A stretch of DNA of 64,000 nucleotides, taken from NCBI GenBank assembly GCA_964439395.1, contig CAYTNV010000014.1, forward strand, positions 3,980 to 67,979. The letters are read 5' to 3'. The notes below the pieces were generated by a model that was given only the letters and a program-made list of their open reading frames with translations, was not told the DNA's origin and did not search any database. A program made the translations under genes and the position numbers. The number at the start of each line of letters is the position of its first letter. Positions within the stretch are counted from its first letter, which is position 1. This stretch comes from an uncultured Blautia sp. GTDB taxonomy: Bacteria; Bacillota; Clostridia; Lachnospirales; Lachnospiraceae. Below are positions 1-8,635 of this stretch, in pieces.

Positions 1-10
1 AACAAATCAA

Positions 11-2794
11 TTGAGCACACATATCTGTATGGGAATTTTGGCTCACGTAGATGCGGGAAAAACGACTCTCGCCGAGAGTATTTTATATAGAAGTGGAGAG
101 ATTAGAAAACTTGGAAGAGTTGACCATCAGAATGCGTTTTTGGACACATATCAGTTGGAGAGAGAAAGAGGGATTACTATTTTTTCCAAGCAGGCTGAGG
201 TGAAAATTGGGGAGAAGAAGATGACACTTCTTGATACTCCAGGACATGTCGATTTCTCTGCGGAGATGGAGAGAACTCTGATGGTGCTTGACTATGCCAT
301 CTTAGTTATTAGTGGCGCAGACGGCGTGCAGGGGCATGTCGAGACATTGTGGAAACTTCTCAAGCAGTATGAAATTCCAGTTTTTCTTTTTATTAATAAG
401 ATGGATCAAGAAGGAACGGATAGAGAAGCCTTATTGAGCGAGTTGAAGGAGAAATTAGATGAAAATTGTGTCTTATTTGGCTCTGAGGAAGACGAATTTT
501 ATGAAAATATTTCTGTATGTGGAGAGGAAGATTTATTGGAGCAGTACTTAGATACTGGTAAAATTGAGAAAAGTCAGATTGTGAAAATGATTGCGAAAAG
601 AGAGATTTTCCCTTGTTTTTTTGGTTCCGCCTTGAAATTAATCGGTGTGGATGAATTTTTAGAGGGTCTAGAAGACTATACATTGGCTAGAAAATATCCA
701 GAAGAGTTTGGAGCTAAAATATATAAAATATCCAGAGATGAAAAAGGTACAAGACTTACGCATATGAAGATTACAGGAGGAAGCTTAAAGGCAAAAATGC
801 TCCTAAAAGGTGAAGAGAAGGAAAAAACGGAAAATATGGAGTGGGAAGAAAAAGCAGATCAGCTCCGCATTTACTCAGGCTCTAACTTTATACAGGCAAA
901 GGAAGTAAAAGCGGGAGAAATTTGTGCTGTCACAGGTCTCACAAAGACCTATTCAGGAGAGGGAATCGGGATTGAGAAGGCGGCGAGAAAGCCGACTTTA
1001 GATCCAGTTCTCACGTACCGCATTACTTTACCTGATGGCTGTGACGTACATCATACTTTTTTAAAGCTTCGCCAGCTTGAGGAGGAGGAGCCTCAGATGC
1101 ATATTGTTTGGCAGGAAGAGACAAATGAGATTCATGCACAGATTATGGGTGAGGTGCAAATTGAGGTGATGCAGAGTCTTATTTTGGATCGTTTTGGTAT
1201 TGAAGTGAGATTTGATTCCGGAAGTATTGTGTATAAAGAGACGATCGAAAATAGAGTGGAGGGAGTTGGACATTTTGAGCCACTTCGCCATTATGCGGAG
1301 GTACATCTTTTGATGGAGCCGCTGCCAGCGGGAACTGGTCTTATTTTTGGAACAGATTGCAGTGAAGATTTATTAGATAAAAACTGGCAAAGACTTATTT
1401 TAACACATTTATTAGAAAAGAAACATCTGGGAGTGCTGACGGGATCTGAGATTACTGATATGAAAATTACGCTCGTGTCGGGAAGGGCACATCAAAAGCA
1501 TACAGAGGGCGGAGATTTTAGACAGGCAACGTATCGTGCAGTGAGGCAGGGACTTAAGAGTGCAAACAGCGTTTTGCTAGAGCCAGTTTATCGATTCCGT
1601 CTTGAGGTTCCATCCGAAAATGTTGGCCGAGCGATGAATGATATTCAGAAAATGAAGGGAGAATTTTCCCAGCCAGAACTACAAGGGGAAATGTCAATTA
1701 TTACAGGAACGGCGCCAGTTGTCTTAATGCAAGATTATCAAAGAGAAGTTATCTCTTATACGAGAGGGCGCGGAAAAATTTTTTGCAGTCTAGATGGATA
1801 TGAACCTTGTCATAATGCCGAGGAGGTAATTGTACAAAGAGCTTATGATTCTGAGTTAGATATGAATAATCCAACAGGTTCTGTTTTTTGTGCGCATGGA
1901 GCTGGATTTGTTGTTCCTTGGGATGAGGTTCCAAATTATATGCATCTTGAGAGTGTGCTAAAGGAAGAGAAAGAGGAAAATGAGGAACTTACAGTTCTCT
2001 CCTATGAGGAACCAAAAAGAACAAATATTTCGAGATATCAGATGGACAAAGAGTTAGAGGAAATTTTTAATAAAACGTATGCAGGGACGAAAAAAGGTAC
2101 TGAGAAGCAAAATAGGAATATGTGGAGAAGACAAAAGAATACAGACTCTGTCGTGAATAAAGTATCCTCGTCTAGAGCATGGGAAGATATAGGAGAGAGA
2201 ACGTCAAAAAATAGAAGTTTCGATTATAAAAAAACAGATAGGAAAGATATGCAAAAGCGAGAAGAATATTTGCTTGTAGATGGATATAATATTATTTTTG
2301 CGTGGGAGGATTTATCAGACCTTGCGAGAAGCGACCTTGCAGCAGCGAGAGGAAAGTTGATGGACATTTTATCTAATTATCAAGGTTGGAAGCAGATGAA
2401 GCTTATTCTTGTATTTGATGCCTATAAAGTGGAGGAAAATATTGGATCTGTGAGTAAGTATCATAATATTTATGTTGTATATACTAAGGAAGCAGAGACT
2501 GCAGATCAGTATATTGAGAAGACAGTGCATGAAATTGGAAAGAAATATCAGGTTACAGTTGCCACCTCAGATGCTTTAGAGCAGATGATTATTATGGGAG
2601 CAGGTGCAACAAGACTCTCGGCAAGAAATTTGCGAGAAGAGATAGAAAATGCTAATATTGAGATTCGAGCGGAGCTTTCAGAAAATAGAAAAGAAAAAGG
2701 AAATACGAATTATTTATTCGAGGGAGTGTCGAGAGATTTAGCAGAATTGATCGAGGATATTCGATTACAGAGAGAGAAAGTTGTGAAAAAATAA
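11..2794 (+). CDS. Translational GTPase (EF-G/Tet(M)-like) fused to a C-terminal YacP/Rae1-type NYN domain
   Basis: Uninterrupted 927-codon ORF (TTG at 11, alternative ATG at 29). GTPase motifs: G1 AHVDAGKT, G2 RGITI, G3 DTPGH, G4 NKMD, followed by an EF-G-like body. A K/E/R-rich linker follows. The C-terminus reads LLVDGYN...LVFDAYK...VATSD, as I recall for B. subtilis YacP/Rae1. Confidence 0.85.
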   Translation: MSTHICMGILAHVDAGKTTLAESILYRSGEIRKLGRVDHQNAFLDTYQLERERGITIFSKQAEVKIGEKKMTLLDTPGHVDFSAEMERTLMVLDYAILVISGADGVQGHVETLWKLLKQYEIPVFLFINKMDQEGTDREALLSELKEKLDENCVLFGSEEDEFYENISVCGEEDLLEQYLDTGKIEKSQIVKMIAKREIFPCFFGSALKLIGVDEFLEGLEDYTLARKYPEEFGAKIYKISRDEKGTRLTHMKITGGSLKAKMLLKGEEKEKTENMEWEEKADQLRIYSGSNFIQAKEVKAGEICAVTGLTKTYSGEGIGIEKAARKPTLDPVLTYRITLPDGCDVHHTFLKLRQLEEEEPQMHIVWQEETNEIHAQIMGEVQIEVMQSLILDRFGIEVRFDSGSIVYKETIENRVEGVGHFEPLRHYAEVHLLMEPLPAGTGLIFGTDCSEDLLDKNWQRLILTHLLEKKHLGVLTGSEITDMKITLVSGRAHQKHTEGGDFRQATYRAVRQGLKSANSVLLEPVYRFRLEVPSENVGRAMNDIQKMKGEFSQPELQGEMSIITGTAPVVLMQDYQREVISYTRGRGKIFCSLDGYEPCHNAEEVIVQRAYDSELDMNNPTGSVFCAHGAGFVVPWDEVPNYMHLESVLKEEKEENEELTVLSYEEPKRTNISRYQMDKELEEIFNKTYAGTKKGTEKQNRNMWRRQKNTDSVVNKVSSSRAWEDIGERTSKNRSFDYKKTDRKDMQKREEYLLVDGYNIIFAWEDLSDLARSDLAAARGKLMDILSNYQGWKQMKLILVFDAYKVEENIGSVSKYHNIYVVYTKEAETADQYIEKTVHEIGKKYQVTVATSDALEQMIIMGAGATRLSARNLREEIENANIEIRAELSENRKEKGNTNYLFEGVSRDLAELIEDIRLQREKVVKK

Positions 2795-2883
2795 TCTAAA
2801 TTATACGAAACTAATACAAATTATGCAAAACTAACAAAAAATATTGATTTAATTGATAAAAATTATCGTAAATTAAAAAAATA

Positions 2884-2912
2884 TTGACGAATTTTACAAT
2901 AATATGTATAAT
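2884..2912 (+). promoter_or_regulatory. SigmaA-type promoter of the small-ORF/ATPase unit
   Basis: TTGACG (2884-2889), 17-nt spacer, TATAAT (2907-2912). Three AAATTATnnnAAAnTAA direct repeats lie upstream at 2798, 2818 and 2860. Confidence 0.6.
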
Positions 2913-2987
2913 ATAATTCATAAGAGTCCAATGTGCTTTAGTCGTTGGGGTGTTAGCATATTATAAAAAGGAGGTTGTCAATAGGAT

Positions 2988-3068
2988 ATGAAACAACATA
3001 GATTTTGGGCATGGGTGATGATTATTGCCGCTTTCATGACAATCTACACAGGTTATAAGCATAAGTAA
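2988..3068 (+). CDS. Candidate 26-aa hydrophobic micro-protein (MKQHRFWAWVMIIAAFMTIYTGYKHK)
   Basis: ATG preceded by AAAGGAGG at good spacing. One predicted transmembrane helix. Too short for the ORF track. No homology evidence. Confidence 0.3.
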   Translation: MKQHRFWAWVMIIAAFMTIYTGYKHK

Positions 3069-3101
3069 AGTAAAACGCAAGAGATGAAGGAGGAATTGAC
3101 T

Positions 3102-3440
3102 ATGTTAGAATGTTTAAAATGTGTAAAAGATGTAGTAGATAAGAAAAATACAGGAATTTTTGCAGCTGGTTTATTAGTGGGAACAGCTGGTTTAAAATTA
3201 CTAAAGAGCCAAGATGCTAAAAATGTATACACAAACTGTACAGCAGCAGTTTTACGTGTGAAAGATTGCGTAATGAATGTTGTGACAAATGTACAGGCAG
3301 AGGCAGAAGATATTTATGCAGCGGCTCAGGAAATTAACGAAGAGAGAGCAGCAAAGGCAGCTGAGAAGGAGGAAGCCGAGATTATTGATGAAATTATCGA
3401 GGAAGTGGAAGAGGCTGTTGAGGAAACTGTAGAAGAGTAA
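3102..3440 (+). CDS. Small single-helix protein with a poly-acidic C-terminal tail (DUF6110-like by recollection)
   Basis: ORF 3084-3440. The internal ATG at 3102 has GGAGG 8 nt upstream. Hydrophobic segment GIFAAGLLVGTAGLKLL, then an E/A-rich tail. Sits directly upstream of a P-type ATPase. Confidence 0.65.
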   Translation: MLECLKCVKDVVDKKNTGIFAAGLLVGTAGLKLLKSQDAKNVYTNCTAAVLRVKDCVMNVVTNVQAEAEDIYAAAQEINEERAAKAAEKEEAEIIDEIIEEVEEAVEETVEE

Positions 3441-3503
3441 ATTTCCAAAAAGCTTCGATATTATACGAGAAGAGCGACACGGAGTCATTTAAAACGAAGA
3501 ATA

Positions 3504-3548
3504 AAACGGAGCTTACACATAATTATGTGAGAGGGTTCCGTTTTTCTT
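3504..3548 (+). terminator. Imperfect hairpin plus U-run between the small protein gene and the ATPase gene
   Basis: AAACGGA...TCCGTTT outer stem with a CACAT/ATGTG inner stem, followed by TTTTTCTTAT. Confidence 0.45.
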
Positions 3549-3573
3549 ATGACAAAAGGAAAGAGAGAAAATC

Positions 3574-5661
3574 ATGAAGTTTATCATTAAGCATGAAATA
3601 AAAAATCGTATGCGTGTGCGTCCAGTGCAGGGCAAAATGACAAACGAGCAAGCTGATATTTTACAGTATTATATAAGTAATCTGCCGTCTGTAGAGATGG
3701 TAAAAGTAAATGAGAGATCCAAGGATGTTGTAATTCGCTATACGGGAGAGAGAGAACAGCTGATTGACGCACTTAGAAAATTTAGCTATGAGAAAGCAAA
3801 GGAGGATGTTCCTAAAAATTTTTTGCAAAACTCGGGCAGAGAGTTAAACGCAAAGTATTGGGAAAAGTTAGTAAATCAGGTTGTAAAAAGAGCTGGAGCG
3901 AATATATTTCTGCCAGTGCAGCTAAGAGCCGCACTTACCTTCGTGAAATCATGGAAATATATGAAAAACGGAGTAAAGACTCTAGCGCAAAGAAAGATTG
4001 AGGTTCCAGTGTTGGATGCCACAGCCATCGGTGTATCAATACTGCGAGAAGATTATACAACGGCAAGCTCTATTATGTTCTTGCTTGGAATTGGAGAAAC
4101 ATTAGAAGAATGGACACATAAGAAATCTGTCGATGATTTAGCTAGAAGTATGTCGTTAAATATCCAAAAGGTTTGGATGAAAGTAGATGGACAGGAAGTT
4201 TTAGTACCTGCGACAGAAGTAAAACAGGGAGATGAGGTTGTCGTTCATGTGAGCAATATTATTCCATTTGATGGAGAGATTGTGGAGGGTGAGGCGATGA
4301 TTAATCAGGCATCTCTCACAGGGGAATCCATTCCAGTTAGAAAGACAGTTGGGAATTATGTTTACGCTGGAACAGTTATCGATGAGGGTGAGATTACTCT
4401 CAGCGTAAAACAAACTTCAGATGGAAGCAGATTTGAGAAAATTGTGACGATGATTGAGGAATCTGAAAAATTAAAGTCTTCGGTAGAGAGCAAGGCAGAG
4501 CATTTGGCAGATAGATTAGTTCCATATTCTCTTGGAGGAACAGCACTCACTTATTTGCTAACTAGAAACGCCACGAAGGCGCTGTCCATTCTTATGGTTG
4601 ATTTTTCTTGTGCATTAAAACTTGCAATGCCAGTATCGGTATTATCTGCGATTCGCGAGGCGAGCACTTACCAGATAACAGTAAAGGGTGGCAAATATTT
4701 GGAAGCAATCTCAGAAGCAGATACGATTGTATTTGATAAAACTGGCACACTTACGAAGGCAAATCCTACTGTAGTTGATGTCATTTCTTTTGACGAAGAA
4801 AAAGATTCAGATGAGTTGCTTCGTATTGCGGCTTGTCTTGAGGAGCATTTTCCACATTCTATGGCAAAGGCAGTTGTGGATGCGGCGCTCTCCAAAAATT
4901 TAGCTCACGATGAGATGCATTCTAAGGTAGAGTATATTGTTGCTCACGGAATTTCAAGCAAGATTGATGATAAGAAAGTTCTTATCGGAAGTGCCCATTT
5001 TGTATTTGAAGATGAGCAATGTATTATTCCAGAAAGTAAGCAGGATTTATTTGATTCTCTTCCAGAAGAATATTCCCATCTTTATCTTGCAATTGACGGT
5101 AAACTAGCAGCAGTTATCTGTATTGAGGATCCTCTAAGACCAGAGGCAGCTGATGTATTAAAACAGCTTAAGGAGGCTGGTATTAGCAATATTGTTATGA
5201 TGACAGGGGATAGTGACAGAACAGCAAAAGCCATTGCAAAGAAGGTTGGTGTGGATAAGTATTTTTCGGAAGTACTTCCAGAGGATAAGGCAAATTTTGT
5301 TGCCAGGGAAAAAGATGCAGGAAGAAAAGTAATCATGATTGGCGATGGAATCAATGATTCTCCAGCCCTCTCTGCGGCGGATGTTGGAATGGCAATTAGC
5401 GACGGTGCGGAAATCGCAAGAGAAATCGCAGATGTCATTATTGGCGCAGATAATTTATATGAGATTGTAACGATTAAAAAAATTAGTAATGCCCTTATGA
5501 AGAGAATCAATAATAATTATAGAACAATTGTTGGATTTAATGGAGCGTTAATTGCGGGTGGTGTGCTTGGATTTTTACAGCCGACGACTTCTGCACTTTT
5601 ACACAATACTTCCACTCTACTGATTGGATTAAAGAGTATGACGAATTTGATTACGGATTGA
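3574..5661 (+). CDS. Heavy-metal (P1B-type) P-type ATPase, atypical SCA transmembrane motif
   Basis: Motifs SLTGES, FDKTGTLT, MMTGD and GDGINDSPAL. The N-terminal ferredoxin-like domain has no CxxC. The TM motif reads DFSCALKLAMP instead of CPC/SPC. Confidence 0.9.
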   Translation: MKFIIKHEIKNRMRVRPVQGKMTNEQADILQYYISNLPSVEMVKVNERSKDVVIRYTGEREQLIDALRKFSYEKAKEDVPKNFLQNSGRELNAKYWEKLVNQVVKRAGANIFLPVQLRAALTFVKSWKYMKNGVKTLAQRKIEVPVLDATAIGVSILREDYTTASSIMFLLGIGETLEEWTHKKSVDDLARSMSLNIQKVWMKVDGQEVLVPATEVKQGDEVVVHVSNIIPFDGEIVEGEAMINQASLTGESIPVRKTVGNYVYAGTVIDEGEITLSVKQTSDGSRFEKIVTMIEESEKLKSSVESKAEHLADRLVPYSLGGTALTYLLTRNATKALSILMVDFSCALKLAMPVSVLSAIREASTYQITVKGGKYLEAISEADTIVFDKTGTLTKANPTVVDVISFDEEKDSDELLRIAACLEEHFPHSMAKAVVDAALSKNLAHDEMHSKVEYIVAHGISSKIDDKKVLIGSAHFVFEDEQCIIPESKQDLFDSLPEEYSHLYLAIDGKLAAVICIEDPLRPEAADVLKQLKEAGISNIVMMTGDSDRTAKAIAKKVGVDKYFSEVLPEDKANFVAREKDAGRKVIMIGDGINDSPALSAADVGMAISDGAEIAREIADVIIGADNLYEIVTIKKISNALMKRINNNYRTIVGFNGALIAGGVLGFLQPTTSALLHNTSTLLIGLKSMTNLITD

Positions 5662-5780
5662 TTTTATTAAAATGAATGAAGGAAGTCCTCTGTCTCATGC
5701 TGATGCATTGAAGGGAGCGACTTCCTTTAGTTGTTTATATCATTATTATAAATTCTTTTTAGACTAGTGATTGAAAGGAT

Positions 5781-6941
5781 TTAATACCAGCGGTTGAAAG
5801 GAAGTTCGTTATTAATATCATTGGTAAATAGAATTTGGTGTAAATCAATAATTCCATTCATAAATGTTGCCGCGCAGGAACATAAATATAATTCCCACAT
5901 GCGGGCAAATTTTTCATCGAATATTTCAATTACTTTCGCTCGATGCTTTTGGAAATTTTCATTCCAAAGAAGAAGCGTTTTATTATAATGTCTGCGAAGA
6001 CTTTCTATATCAATTGTATAAAAACGCATATCACCAGCAATTTGCATTATTTCACGTAGACTTGGAACGACACCACCTGGAAAGATATATTTTTTTACCC
6101 ATGCATCTCCTGGATATTCTCTGAGAGAGCTAATATAGTGAAGAAGGAAAAGCCCTCCTGGCTTTAATGATTTTTTTACACAAGATAGAAATTCTTCGTA
6201 GTTTCCTCGTCCTACATGTTCAAGCATTCCGACGCTGACGATGCGGTCAAATTGTTGATTTAATTTTGGTAAATCTCGATAATCCAATAGTTCAACTCTA
6301 AGATAATCTTCAAGATGCTCCTCGTGAATACGTTCTTCAAATTTCTTCTTTTGTTCTTTACTTAATGTAATGCCTATACCGTGAATCTGATATTTTTTAG
6401 CTGCCTGTATTAGGAGAAAACCCCATCCACAGCCTATATCACATAGGCTCATTCCCTCTTGAAGATAGAGCTTTTTCAAAATACGGTCAACCTTATTATA
6501 CTGCGCCTCATACAGTGAGTCAGAAGTTTTTTCAAAATAGCCACAAGAATAACTAAGTGTCTCATCAAGCCAAAGCTTATAAAAATCATTTCCAATATCA
6601 TAATGGGAAGAAACCTCTTTCTTTTGATTTCTCTTTGTTTTGGATGAAAAAATTAGACTTTTTAGCTTCTTTTCATTTGTTGAAAATTTTTCCATTTGCC
6701 CTAAAAACATATTTAGTGCATGGTATAAATCTCCCTCAATTTCAATATCACCATTCATATATGCTTCTCCTAATGCGATTGACGTACTAGTTAATAGCTC
6801 GGATATATGGGGAGTTTTATGAAATATTACGGTAAAGGTTGGCACCCCATGACCAATTTTATAATCTTTACCATCCAGCTTCATAATAAATGGGCTGGCA
6901 TCAAAAGTTTCCATAAATTTAATGAATTCTTTTTTTAACAT
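5781..6941 (-). CDS. cfa: Cyclopropane-fatty-acyl-phospholipid synthase family SAM methyltransferase
   Basis: SAM motif DIGCGWG and Cfa-like length and order. Start moved to the ATG at 6941 (MLKKEF...), which has GGAGG 8 nt upstream. The ORF-track start at 6971 lacks an RBS. Confidence 0.9.
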   Translation of the reverse strand: MLKKEFIKFMETFDASPFIMKLDGKDYKIGHGVPTFTVIFHKTPHISELLTSTSIALGEAYMNGDIEIEGDLYHALNMFLGQMEKFSTNEKKLKSLIFSSKTKRNQKKEVSSHYDIGNDFYKLWLDETLSYSCGYFEKTSDSLYEAQYNKVDRILKKLYLQEGMSLCDIGCGWGFLLIQAAKKYQIHGIGITLSKEQKKKFEERIHEEHLEDYLRVELLDYRDLPKLNQQFDRIVSVGMLEHVGRGNYEEFLSCVKKSLKPGGLFLLHYISSLREYPGDAWVKKYIFPGGVVPSLREIMQIAGDMRFYTIDIESLRRHYNKTLLLWNENFQKHRAKVIEIFDEKFARMWELYLCSCAATFMNGIIDLHQILFTNDINNELPFNRWY

Positions 6942-6968
6942 TGTGATAAATCCTCCTATCTGCATTTG

Positions 6969-7000
6969 CAAAAAAAATACATACCAAACAGATGGTATGT
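6969..7000 (-). terminator. Intrinsic terminator inside the cfa leader (attenuator candidate)
   Basis: On the minus strand ACATACCA-tctgtt-TGGTATGT (8-bp stem) is followed by ATTTTTTTTG. It lies about 28 nt upstream of the cfa start. Confidence 0.6.
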
Positions 7001-7034
7001 ACTAATGAAAGAAAGACGATACATACGATTGCTT

Positions 7035-7087
7035 GATATGTTGTATCGTATCGGAGTATCCTCATAATGGATATCTTGTATCGTATC
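7035..7087. repeat. Two 18-nt direct repeats GATAT(G/C)TTGTATCGTATC, 35-nt period, in the cfa leader
   Basis: Copies at 7035-7052 and 7070-7087 differ at one base. An inverted partial copy (GATACATACGAT) lies at about 7017-7028. Confidence 0.8.
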
Positions 7088-7106
7088 ACAAATGGTTTAC
7101 TTTTGT

Positions 7107-7136
7107 ATTTTAGCATTATAATTGACTCATTGTCAA
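7107..7136 (-). promoter_or_regulatory. Candidate sigmaA promoter for cfa
   Basis: Minus strand: TTGACA (7136-7131), 18-nt spacer, TAAAAT (7112-7107). Confidence 0.5.
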
Positions 7137-7392
7137 ATAGTTTTATGTTTTTTCGTTGAGATAATAAATAATCAAATTTATATTTCAAAGAGAGTGGAAT
7201 AATATATTTACTATTCGAAATAGCTAGAGAATAATATGATAAAGAAAAGAAGTCACCTGGAAATAATAGACATTTTCTTTTGAGTATAAACAAATAGTAT
7301 TTTCTGGATATAAAATAGGAAAAGATATATGGGCATAAGGAAAAGAAATTTTCCATAATATTATGATGAAGATAGAATGTAGAGGGAAAAGT

Positions 7393-7860
7393 ATGGAACA
7401 GATAAAATGGAAAGAGTTATTATTTAGTCTGTTTATAAGTGTTGGAAGTGGAATGTTGTCATGGATTTTGGCAGGAGATAGCATGAAAAAATATGAAGTT
7501 CTGCCAAAGCCTCCGCTCTCTCCACCTGGATGGGTATTTCCAGTTGTCTGGACAATTCTTTTTATTCTTATGGGTTATGCGGCGTACTTAGTGTATAATA
7601 CCGAAAGTGCAGAAAAAGGGAAGGCATTGATTTTATATGGAATCCAGTTAATTGTCAATATCGGTTGGTCTATTATTTTCTTTCGGTTTGAATTATATTT
7701 TTTTGCGTTTGTATGGCTTATATTTTTATGGTATCTTATTATACTATTGATACAGGAGTTTGGAAAGTTACAAAAAAGGGCGGGAGTTTTATTGTATCCC
7801 TATCTTTTTTGGGTGACATTTGCGGGATATTTAAATTTGGCAATTGTATTAATGAAATAG
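7393..7860 (+). CDS. tspO: TspO/MBR tryptophan-rich sensory protein
   Basis: Five hydrophobic Trp-rich segments (PPGWVFPVVWTILF..., NIGWSIIFF). The ATG at 7393 has GAGGG 6 nt upstream. Confidence 0.85.
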   Translation: MEQIKWKELLFSLFISVGSGMLSWILAGDSMKKYEVLPKPPLSPPGWVFPVVWTILFILMGYAAYLVYNTESAEKGKALILYGIQLIVNIGWSIIFFRFELYFFAFVWLIFLWYLIILLIQEFGKLQKRAGVLLYPYLFWVTFAGYLNLAIVLMK

Positions 7861-7888
7861 GAAAAAGGAGTCAGCATAATAATGAAAA

Positions 7889-7917
7889 GACAAGAAGAGA
7901 AATGATAGTTTCTTGTC
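7889..7917 (-). terminator. Hairpin downstream of the PH-domain gene
   Basis: GACAAGAA/TTCTTGTC 8-bp stem. A U-run (TTTTCATT) follows only on the minus strand. Confidence 0.45.
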
Positions 7918-7946
7918 GGAAAATTATTATGCTTGACTCCTATTTT

Positions 7947-8324
7947 TTATTTTAGAATATATTCTCCGATTGCCACACAAAGCTCAGCGACATTACTGCT
8001 TCCGCTAAGTTCAAAGCAAACCATACCGATAGAGTTAATATATAAATGTAAATGTGCATCGAGGTCTAAAACTCCAGCTGTCTCTATAGAAAATGTCTGA
8101 ATACAGGAATATGGGATAAAGCTAAAATCCTTTTTCTTTCCTGTAATTCCTTCCACATTTACAGCTATAATTCGTTTGTTTGTGAAAATAAGGTGATCTC
8201 TAATACTTACATAGCTGTCGATAACTTCTTCTCCAGGTACCATATAAGGACTAATTAATTTTTCACCTTTGGATAAATCTTCTGCTACTAATTTAAAAAG
8301 TTTTTTATTTTCAAAATCAATCAT
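7947..8324 (-). CDS. Bacterial PH-domain (YokE-like) protein
   Basis: 125 aa with the pattern ...DHLIFTNKRIIAV....KKKDFSFIPYSCIQTFSIETAG, typical of bacterial PH domains as I recall them. GGGAG RBS. Confidence 0.65.
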   Translation of the reverse strand: MIDFENKKLFKLVAEDLSKGEKLISPYMVPGEEVIDSYVSIRDHLIFTNKRIIAVNVEGITGKKKDFSFIPYSCIQTFSIETAGVLDLDAHLHLYINSIGMVCFELSGSSNVAELCVAIGEYILK

Positions 8325-8635
8325 GTGAAAACTCCCTTCTCAAATAAAAAATGAATTGCTTTCTGAAAAAATCGTAATGATATTTCTATTATATAAATGA
8401 AGATGAATATCGTCAATAATGAAAATTTACTCTTTATTACGCTAATAAAGCATATTGTTTTTATGTCCTTGTTAAGTGGATAATAAGAGGCAAAGATGGT
8501 TGTATAGTACATTTGCAAAGAGCAAATAGGGTATTTATATAAACGATAGTGAAGGAGAAAATACCTTATTCGCTCTTTATCGTGTCTATTATTTCATTTA
8601 TTTCAAAAATATTTTAAAATTTATGATTATAACTT

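Noticed and set aside
5082-5510. 142-aa antisense ORF in the P-type ATPase gene
   Set aside because: It is antisense to a conserved catalytic domain region and shows an off-frame composition.
6919-7484. Two minus-strand ORFs (145 and 86 aa) in the cfa-tspO intergenic region
   Set aside because: The region is AT-rich promoter and leader sequence. The translations are Ile/Phe/Tyr/Lys-rich with no motifs, and they overlap the cfa and tspO starts.
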